From contig NC_005070.1 in the NCBI RefSeq assembly GCF_000195975.1, positions 750,001 through 782,000 on the forward strand: a stretch of 32,000 nt of DNA. Direction: 5' to 3'. Each line of letters begins with the position of its first letter. Within the stretch, counting starts at the first letter, position 1. Position numbers and translations under genes: made by a program. Origin of the DNA: Parasynechococcus marenigrum WH 8102 (GTDB lineage: Bacteria > Cyanobacteriota > Cyanobacteriia > PCC-6307 > Cyanobiaceae). The notes beneath the pieces were generated by a model. It did no database searches, had not been told where the DNA came from, and saw only the letters and a program-made list of their open reading frames with translations. This document shows, piece by piece, positions 26,375 to 32,000 of the stretch.

Positions 26375-27624
26375 AGCTCTCCGCTCTGCAGCAGTACGGA
26401 ATTGTGACCGCCAACTACTGGGCGTTCACGCTCACCGATGGTGCGTTGCGGATGCTGGTGGTGTTCCATTTCCACCAACTCGGCTACACCACCCTCGAGA
26501 TCGCCTTCCTTTTTCTCTTTTACGAGTTCTTCGGGGTGGTCACGAACCTTTATGGCGGTTGGATTGGTGCGCGCTACGGCCTGCGGCTCACCCTCTGGGT
26601 TGGAACGCTGCTGCAGATCCTCTCGTTGGTGATGCTGATTCCGGTGGCAGCCAGCTGGCCGAAGCTGCTGAGCGTGGTTTACGTGATGGCCGCTCAGGCG
26701 ATCAGTGGGATTGCCAAGGACCTCAACAAGATGAGCGCCAAGAGCGCCATCAAAACCGTGGTTCCTGAAACCCCGGATGATGCTCAGCGGGGGGAAAAGC
26801 AACTGTTCAAATGGGTCGCGATCCTCACGGGATCCAAGAACGCGCTGAAGGGAGTCGGCTTCTTCCTAGGCGGCGTGTTGCTCACCGCCTTTGGTTTCAA
26901 TGCTGCTGTGGGTTGGATGGCAGCGGGCCTGGCCCTGGCCTTCCTGTTGACCTTGGTGCTGCCAGGTGAGATCGGAAAGATGAAGTCGAAGCCGGCCTTT
27001 TCCTCCCTGTTCTCCAAATCCCAGGGCATCAATGGTCTGTCGTTGGCTCGTTTCTTTCTGTTCGGAGCGCGCGACGTCTGGTTCGTGGTTGCCTTGCCGG
27101 TGTTTCTGGAGGCTTCCCTCGGCTGGAACTTTGAGCAGGTGGGTGCCTTCATGGGCACCTGGGTGATCGGTTACGGCATCGTTCAGGGTTCAGCACCGGG
27201 CCTGCGACGGCTTTGGGGGCAGACGACCTCCCCCGGCGTGTCGGCTGTGCAGTTCTGGAGTGCTCTGCTCACGGCCATCCCGGCTTTGATCGGCGTCGCT
27301 CTGTGGCGTGACGCCAACGTGGCGGTTGCCATTACCGCTGGACTTGCGGCTTTCGGGGTGGTGTTTGCGATGAACTCCTCCATCCACTCGTACATGGTGC
27401 TGGCATACACCGATGCGGAGAGCGTCAGCCTCAATGTGGGCTTCTATTACATGGCCAACGCTGCAGGGCGATTGGTCGGAACCCTGCTCTCCGGTGCTGT
27501 GTTCATGCTGGGTCGTACAGCATCCGGTGGCATGCAGGCCTGCCTGTGGTGTTCTTCGCTGCTGGTGATGTTGGCCTGGCTCAGCAGCCTCAGACTGCCT
27601 GCTCCGCTGAGGACGGCCTCTTGA
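26371..27624 (+). CDS. arsJ: Organoarsenical (1-arseno-3-phosphoglycerate) efflux MFS permease ArsJ
   Basis: 417 aa and multi-TM. The N-terminus [64 protein letters not shown] matches the ArsJ family pattern as I recall it. It is paired with a dedicated GAPDH and a divergent arsR. Confidence 0.75.
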   Translation: MKLSALQQYGIVTANYWAFTLTDGALRMLVVFHFHQLGYTTLEIAFLFLFYEFFGVVTNLYGGWIGARYGLRLTLWVGTLLQILSLVMLIPVAASWPKLLSVVYVMAAQAISGIAKDLNKMSAKSAIKTVVPETPDDAQRGEKQLFKWVAILTGSKNALKGVGFFLGGVLLTAFGFNAAVGWMAAGLALAFLLTLVLPGEIGKMKSKPAFSSLFSKSQGINGLSLARFFLFGARDVWFVVALPVFLEASLGWNFEQVGAFMGTWVIGYGIVQGSAPGLRRLWGQTTSPGVSAVQFWSALLTAIPALIGVALWRDANVAVAITAGLAAFGVVFAMNSSIHSYMVLAYTDAESVSLNVGFYYMANAAGRLVGTLLSGAVFMLGRTASGGMQACLWCSSLLVMLAWLSSLRLPAPLRTAS

Positions 27625-28117
27625 AGACGTTGATGGTGGCTGCCGGCATCAGCACTCTGTTGATGCAAAGTCCTGCCCTGGCCCTGGAGAGGGCGAAGGT
27701 GCTGAGCATTCACAACGGGCAGCAACTGTTGATTGAAGTGAACGGTCAAGGCAGAACCCTGTGCCTGGCTTGTCTGCAGGCTCCCCGCAGCCAACAGCGC
27801 CCCTGGTCAACCCGCGCATTGGTGTCATTCAGAAGCTGGTTCGTCCTGGGGATGTGGGCGACTTCGAGCTCAGAGCGAGGGACGTTTACGGCCGTCTTGT
27901 GGGTCGGTTCTTGATCAACGGGCAGGACCTGGGTGCCGAACTGGTCCGTCGCGGTGCGGTGTTCTCCTGGGATGGATTCCTGGGCCGCTGTGATGACCTC
28001 GACTACGACGGCATTGAGGCCAAGGCTCAAGCGGCTCGACGCGGCATCTGGTCCGCGCCAGCTGGTGTGAAGCGTCCTTGGGATGTGATGGAAGCCTCCA
28101 ACGACGGCGAACCTTGA
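27621..28117 (+). pseudogene. SNase (thermonuclease)-like secreted protein, frameshifted
   Basis: TTG 27621 (TTGA overlap with the arsJ stop) or ATG 27633. The signal peptide is MVAAGISTLLMQSPALA and the N-terminal SNase half is RAKVLSIHNGQQLLIEVNGQGRTLCLACLQAPRSQQRPWSTRA, both in frame 0. The C-terminal half, IGVIQKLVRPGDVGDFELRARDVYGRLVGRFLINGQDLGAELVRRGAVFSW...EAKAQAARRGIWS, is in frame -1 (track ORF 27761..28117). The frame switch occurs around 27800-27825. Confidence 0.65.
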
Positions 28118-28207
28118 GTTCCGGCTGAGGGATTTCAAATCGGTCGCCGTGCACACACCAGTTCTGGGGGGCATGTCACTGAATGGTGAAAAGACGATGT
28201 TGTGCCC

Positions 28208-28444
28208 ATGACTGTTGAGCCAGGCAGCACCGATTGCCGTTTGTTGATCGATGCAAAGCGATCCCTGGAAGATGTTCTGAAGACGTTGTCGGATCTTCCC
28301 CACACAGATCACATCCGCCAGCAGTTGCTGGCAGTTCACAACCAGTTGGAGGGGATGCATGATTTGAAGCGAGCCGGCGGTGCCGGTGTGTCCTTCCGAT
28401 CCTCGTCCTGGTGTTCGAAAACGACCGACGTCCTGGCTGGTTGA
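28208..28444 (+). CDS. Hypothetical 78-aa protein
   Basis: Track ORF 28202..28444, using ATG 28208. The sequence is MTVEPGSTDCRLLIDAKRSLEDVLKTLSDLPHTDHIRQQLLAVHNQLEGMHDLK... I recognise no family. Confidence 0.35.
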   Translation: MTVEPGSTDCRLLIDAKRSLEDVLKTLSDLPHTDHIRQQLLAVHNQLEGMHDLKRAGGAGVSFRSSSWCSKTTDVLAG

Positions 28445-28532
28445 ACTGGGTTTTCCTGGCGATGTTTCTCTGGTCGTCCTGGCAATTGGTGGGCTTCTGG
28501 GTGCAGCAGCCTCAGCATTGATTCCGGCTGGA

Positions 28533-28784
28533 TCAGGCGAAGCTCACCAGCCTGATCGTTCCCCAGAGGTCGAACACGCAGAAGATCAGTCCGATCACGA
28601 TGATGTCCCAGGCTCGATGGCGGATGGCCCATGGGGCTAGGAACAATTCGGCGATGCCGTGGAGTGCTGTACCGAGGGCAATGTGTTCGAGCACCAGCAA
28701 CCCATGAGCCAGCAGGAAAAGACCACTGGCCACGCACCGCATCACAACCTGCCAGTTTCCAAGCAATGTCTTGATTCCTGGCAT
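28533..28784 (-). CDS. Small 3-TM membrane protein (83 aa)
   Basis: ATG start. It has three hydrophobic helices (VMRCVASGLFLLAHGLLVL / ALGTALHGIAELFLAPWAI / AWDIIVIGLIFCVFDLWGTI). I cannot name the family with confidence. Confidence 0.55.
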   Translation of the reverse strand: MPGIKTLLGNWQVVMRCVASGLFLLAHGLLVLEHIALGTALHGIAELFLAPWAIRHRAWDIIVIGLIFCVFDLWGTIRLVSFA

Positions 28785-28841
28785 GAAGGCTTAGAAGGTT
28801 ACGTGGGTTGCACTCGCGGCTCAAGGGCTTGGCTGGCCACA

Positions 28842-28861
28842 ATGTAACAACCTTGTTACAT
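28842..28861. promoter_or_regulatory. Perfect 9-2-9 inverted repeat, candidate operator or 5'-UTR hairpin
   Basis: ATGTAACAA-cc-TTGTTACAT has arms that are exact reverse complements. It lies in the divergent spacer between the 83-aa membrane ORF (start 28784) and the 62-aa ORF (ATG 28869, 7 nt downstream). Confidence 0.45.
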
Positions 28862-28868
28862 CCTTCTC

Positions 28869-29057
28869 ATGACTCTCGGCGAAGTTCTCCTCTCGTCCCT
28901 CAGCAGTGGCGTGATCACCCAGTACGAGGTGGATTGGGTCACCTCTCACCAGCATTGCTTCAGTCGCGAGGAGGTGGCCTCGGCCCTTCGCCTCGGACGG
29001 CTCATCGACACCGGCGACGTCAATCTGGGTTGCCGCCTGCCCTTGTCTGTTGGTTGA
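28869..29057 (+). CDS. Hypothetical 62-aa protein
   Basis: ATG start. MTLGEVLLSSLSSGVITQYEVDWVTSHQHCFSREEVASALRLGRLIDTGDVNLGCRLPLSVG. It is the first of three tandem small ORFs. Confidence 0.45.
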   Translation: MTLGEVLLSSLSSGVITQYEVDWVTSHQHCFSREEVASALRLGRLIDTGDVNLGCRLPLSVG

Positions 29058-29072
29058 GGTCAGACTGGTGGT

Positions 29073-29300
29073 ATGCGGAGAGAACGCTGCTGGGTTTGGT
29101 TCCGTGGCGGTCTGAATGAATCCAGCCGCTGGGTGGGTGGATTTCAGGCCACCACCGATGCTGAGCGGGGCGTTCTGATTCAGCATCCGGGCTACAGGGA
29201 CGCCCGCGTGCCCTCCTGGCGCATAACCACCGTTGAACCTGACGATCTGGAAGCTCCGCCAGACGGGCTGGATGAATCCGGCCCGTGGCAGTTCTTCTGA
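29073..29300 (+). CDS. Hypothetical 75-aa protein
   Basis: ATG 29073, 15 nt after the previous stop and preceded by a GGTGG purine patch. MRRERCWVWFRGGLNESSRWVGGFQATTDAERGVLIQHPGYRDARVPSWRITTVEPDD... Confidence 0.4.
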   Translation: MRRERCWVWFRGGLNESSRWVGGFQATTDAERGVLIQHPGYRDARVPSWRITTVEPDDLEAPPDGLDESGPWQFF

Positions 29301-29308
29301 TACACCCC

Positions 29309-29539
29309 ATGCAGCAAAATGGATTCAGTTCATTGCTAAGCCCTGTGGCAACTGCTGCTGAGAAAAAGGACATCGTCAAGAAACGCCTGCAGGAGCTGCG
29401 CAACATGTGCAGGGATCACTACGCCGTAGTGGCTGAAGAAAGCACGATGCCCGACCCGGCTGACGTACGGGCCACGAATGCCAAATTGCAGGAGCTGATG
29501 GACTTACTGGATGGAAAGGCCAAGTGGGACGAAGCTTGA
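29309..29539 (+). CDS. Hypothetical 76-aa helical protein
   Basis: Track ORF 29285..29539 trimmed to ATG 29309, 8 nt after the previous stop. MQQNGFSSLLSPVATAAEKKDIVKKRLQELRNMCRDHYAVVAEE...NAKLQELMDLLDGKAKWDEA has coiled-coil-like character. Confidence 0.45.
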   Translation: MQQNGFSSLLSPVATAAEKKDIVKKRLQELRNMCRDHYAVVAEESTMPDPADVRATNAKLQELMDLLDGKAKWDEA

Positions 29540-29640
29540 ACTTTGTCGTTGTCGACGAATCCAAGTACATATCACAGGTTGATATCTATTCGGATCGCTC
29601 TTCATCTAGCTTCTGATTTTAGAAATTTAAACTTTTTGAA

Positions 29641-30552
29641 TCAGTCTTTGTAGGGATAATTGTTTGGCACAAAGAACTGCTCGTTGAATGGCGGCCGTTT
29701 GTAGTCCCCTTGCTCGGGACGCGCTGGCATCTCGATGGGAGGAGGCGTCATGTCTTCATAGGGGACTTTGCTCAGCACATGCCGCAGGCAGTTGAGGCGT
29801 GCCCGACGCTTGTCGTTGGCTTCAACCGTGAACCAGGGAGCCTCAGGGATATGGGTTTTGGAGAACATGATGTCCTTCGCTTTGGAATATTCCACCCAGC
29901 GATTTCGGGACTCGATGTCCATCGGGCTCAGCTTCCAGCGACGTTCCTCACAGTCAATCCTTGACTGGAAACGCTTCTCCTGCTCTTCGTCATTGATGGA
30001 GAACCAGTACTTGAGCAGCAGGATTCCGTCCTGCACCAGCATCCGTTCGAATTGAGGGCAGGCCACGTAGAACTGCTCCACCTGGTCCTCGGTGGCAAAT
30101 CCCATCACCCGTTCAACACCGGCCCGGTTGTACCAGCTGCGGTCAAAGACCACGATCTCACCGGCACTGGGGAAGTGCTCCACGTAGCGCTGGAAATACC
30201 ACTGGGTCTTCTGTTGGTCAGACGGCATCCCCAGGGCGACCACGCGGCAGCCCCGTGGATTCATCGGCTCGGTGAGGCGTTTGATCGAACCGCCTTTTCC
30301 CGCCGCATCCCGTCCTTCAAACAGGATGATCATGCGGAATCCGGTGGCTTTCACCCAGTACTGCATCTTCACTAGCTCATATTGCAGCCTCGCCAGTTCC
30401 TTTTCGTAGGTCTTTTTTTCCAAGCGTTTGTGGTCGCTGGAAAACCCCTCCTGCAGCTCCACCAGGAGCTCCTGCGGGTGATCGACGTCACCATCGCTGT
30501 GGTCCAGAGCATCGAGCACCGCAGCCATGTCGTGCTTGTGGTTCTTGCTCAT
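29641..30552 (-). CDS. ppk2: Polyphosphate kinase 2
   Basis: 303 aa. ILFEGRDAAGKGGSIKRL (Walker A), YFQRY, VVFDRSWYNRAGVERVMGF and WKLSPMD form the canonical PPK2 motif set. Confidence 0.92.
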   Translation of the reverse strand: MSKNHKHDMAAVLDALDHSDGDVDHPQELLVELQEGFSSDHKRLEKKTYEKELARLQYELVKMQYWVKATGFRMIILFEGRDAAGKGGSIKRLTEPMNPRGCRVVALGMPSDQQKTQWYFQRYVEHFPSAGEIVVFDRSWYNRAGVERVMGFATEDQVEQFYVACPQFERMLVQDGILLLKYWFSINDEEQEKRFQSRIDCEERRWKLSPMDIESRNRWVEYSKAKDIMFSKTHIPEAPWFTVEANDKRRARLNCLRHVLSKVPYEDMTPPPIEMPARPEQGDYKRPPFNEQFFVPNNYPYKD

Positions 30553-30553
30553 C

Positions 30554-30580
30554 GGGCTTGAGAACTCTCAAGACCTTTTT
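30554..30580 (+). other. Hairpin + T5 tract between histidine kinase stop and ppk2 start
   Basis: CTTGAGA-ac-TCTCAAG (7-bp arms, extendable by flanking G/C pairs) is followed by ACCTTTTT on the plus strand. On the coding (minus) strand the same hairpin sits 1-4 nt upstream of the ppk2 ATG and is preceded by A5. Confidence 0.4.
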
Positions 30581-30628
30581 GGCAGTGGCGGGTTAAGCCA
30601 TCGTGTGCCGATCATGATTTCTGAATAT

Positions 30629-31963
30629 TCATCCCTTGGCCTGCCCCTCTGAAGGAAGGGTCAACACCACGGCGAATCGGCCGGGGTTGCCGGTTCCCCT
30701 GCGGACGGTCACTGTTCCGTCGTGGTGCTGCATCACATGGTTCACAATGGCCAGTCCGAGTCCGCAATGGCCCTGCTGTCCGCGGGCCTCATCGAGCCTC
30801 TGAAAGGGTTGCATTGCACGGCTCCACTGCGCGGTCGGAACGCCTGATCCCTGATCCCAAACCTCAAGGCTTATTCCGTCCTTGCTCGTCAGGAGGCGGA
30901 TCACAATCGGTGGTTTGCCGTGGCTGAAGGCATTGTCGATCAGGTTGCTCACGGCTCTGCCCAGTGCAATCGGGCGGATGCGGGCCTCAACAGGTGTTGG
31001 TTCAAGGTGCAGCTGCTCGCTCGGGTAGCTGGCCACAACTTCTGCCAGCCACAGCGCCAAGGGACAGACCACCGGCGTCTCGCGCTCTCCGCCGCCGGCA
31101 TACAGGAGGAACTGACCGGTGATGCGCTCGAGTGACTCAAGGTCATGGCGACAGCGCTGGCGTTCGGTGGCATCCAGGCTTGGCAGCGCCAGACGAAACT
31201 GCAGGCGGGTGATCGGAGCCCTCAGGTCGTGGGCTATGCCGGCCAGCATCGTTGCCCGTTCCTGACGGTTGGCAGCCAGGCGCTGCACCATCGCATTGAA
31301 CCGTCGGGTGATGCGTTGCACCTCAGGGGCACCTTTTGCAGGGAGGGCAGGAGGGTCGTTGCCCTCACCAACGCGCGCCAGGGCCCGCTCCAGACCACGC
31401 AGTGGCTGTTCAACGTCCTTGAGCAGATACACCACACCGGTGATGATCACAGCTCCCACCAAGGCGATCAGCATCAGCATCGGATCAGGTGGCCAGCGGC
31501 GGGTGGCTGGTATCGCGCTGCGCAGCCAGACCGGCTCGAGCGGTGAGATCAATTCGATCCAGATCTGCTGGCCACCCCCCTGAACTGCTGCCGTCTCGCC
31601 AGAGGCTGCCGGCAGCAGCATCGGGCAATGGGACAGACGTGAGCAGAGCTCCTGTTGCAATTCACGCCGTCGATCGTCATTGGATCGGTCCTCCCGCTCC
31701 GGTTCTGGGGGCTGGACCGCAATCACCAGATCCAACCCCGTGAGCTCCTTGATCAGCGCTGGTGGGTAGCGCTCCAGGGTGAGTTCCGTCAGGCGGATAT
31801 TCAGGGCCAGATCCCGTCCCAGCTGCAGGGTCTGAAGCCGGTTCAGTTCCCGGCCGAACAGGAGCTGCATCCACATCAGACACAACAACCAGCTGACCAG
31901 CAGCAAGGAACTCCAGCCACCGATCTGAAGCATCAGCGACCTCAAAACGAGGGCACGGGTCAT
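30629..31963 (-). CDS. Sensor histidine kinase (2 TM + HAMP + HisKA + HATPase_c)
   Basis: Track ORF 30629..31996 trimmed to ATG 31963. It has the H-box MLAGIAHDLRAPITRL, the N-box LIDNAFSHG, and the G-boxes VWDQGSGV and GLGLAIV. Confidence 0.9.
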   Translation of the reverse strand: MTRALVLRSLMLQIGGWSSLLLVSWLLCLMWMQLLFGRELNRLQTLQLGRDLALNIRLTELTLERYPPALIKELTGLDLVIAVQPPEPEREDRSNDDRRRELQQELCSRLSHCPMLLPAASGETAAVQGGGQQIWIELISPLEPVWLRSAIPATRRWPPDPMLMLIALVGAVIITGVVYLLKDVEQPLRGLERALARVGEGNDPPALPAKGAPEVQRITRRFNAMVQRLAANRQERATMLAGIAHDLRAPITRLQFRLALPSLDATERQRCRHDLESLERITGQFLLYAGGGERETPVVCPLALWLAEVVASYPSEQLHLEPTPVEARIRPIALGRAVSNLIDNAFSHGKPPIVIRLLTSKDGISLEVWDQGSGVPTAQWSRAMQPFQRLDEARGQQGHCGLGLAIVNHVMQHHDGTVTVRRGTGNPGRFAVVLTLPSEGQAKG

Positions 31964-31964
31964 C

Positions 31965-32000
31965 TCAGTGCGAGCGCGGCGTGCCGTCCGGAACAAAGAC
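31965..32000 (-). CDS. 3' end of an upstream gene, plausibly an OmpR-type response regulator (only 11 codons visible)
   Basis: The minus-strand translation is ...VFVPDGTPRSH*, with the stop (31967-31965) 1 nt before the kinase ATG. The arrangement is typical of RR-HK operons. The sequence itself is too short to prove this. Confidence 0.3.
   Translation of the reverse strand, partial: VFVPDGTPRSH

Noticed and set aside
28441-28521. 26-codon Trp-rich hydrophobic micro-ORF (MNWVFLAMFLWSSWQLVGFWVQQPQH) starting with TTG in a TTGA overlap with the 78-aa ORF stop
   Set aside because: It has a TTG start, no supporting context beyond the overlap, and the upstream ORF itself is weakly supported. This is not enough evidence to call it.
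28842-28861. Assigning the 9-2-9 palindrome to NtcA, CRP-family or LexA
   Set aside because: The spacing and half-site sequences (GTA-N10-TAC, GTTAC rather than GTAC) do not fit the consensus sites I know, so I left the cognate factor unassigned.
30590-30597. Single Pho-box-like unit (CTTAACCC on the minus strand) ~40 nt upstream of ppk2
   Set aside because: Cyanobacterial Pho boxes need two or three 8-bp units at 11-bp phasing, and the neighbouring phased octamers do not resemble the unit.
1-32000. HIP1 (GCGATCGC) enrichment, CRISPR repeats, IS elements or integrases, rRNA/tRNA genes
   Set aside because: I saw only a handful of HIP1 copies by eye (e.g. 12227-12234, 19090-19097, 21705-21712), which is not an obvious enrichment. 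I noticed no regularly spaced repeats, no transposase or integrase-like ORFs, and no cloverleaf-capable intergenic segments. The intergenic regions are mostly under 100 nt.

Overview
This is a high-GC (roughly 60% by eye), very gene-dense chromosomal segment. Its gene content and order point to a marine picocyanobacterium of the Synechococcus/Cyanobium type (alpha-cyanobacteria): hisA, a Fur-family regulator, Ycf55-like/DUF3685, ruvX, DUF3727, yqeG-type HAD, proB, lpxD, leuB, prk, prepilin peptidase, accD, class II fbaA, purQ/purS. I call about 46 protein-coding genes, many joined by 4-nt start/stop overlaps (ATGA/GTGA/TTGA). I also call one clear intrinsic terminator and a few candidate operators or hairpins. 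I saw no rRNA, tRNA, CRISPR array, transposase or integrase. Positions 0.5-22.9 kb look like core housekeeping. From about 22.9 to 30.6 kb the content turns accessory-like, with visibly more A/T-ending codons in places. That stretch holds an MscS channel and an ArsR (CVC metalloid site) co-transcribed with a Cys-rich DUF938/METTL26-like methyltransferase-fold gene. Divergent from these is an ArsJ-associated GAPDH-ArsJ arsenate-extrusion pair, followed by a frameshifted, catalytically degenerate SNase-like gene. Next comes a run of small unknown ORFs around a perfect 9-2-9 inverted repeat, then PPK2 and a histidine kinase/response regulator pair. The best candidate for something undescribed is the ArsR-controlled DUF938 gene, together with the whole arsenate/phosphate-stress-looking islet. 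All functional calls rest on motif recognition by eye. No database search was possible.
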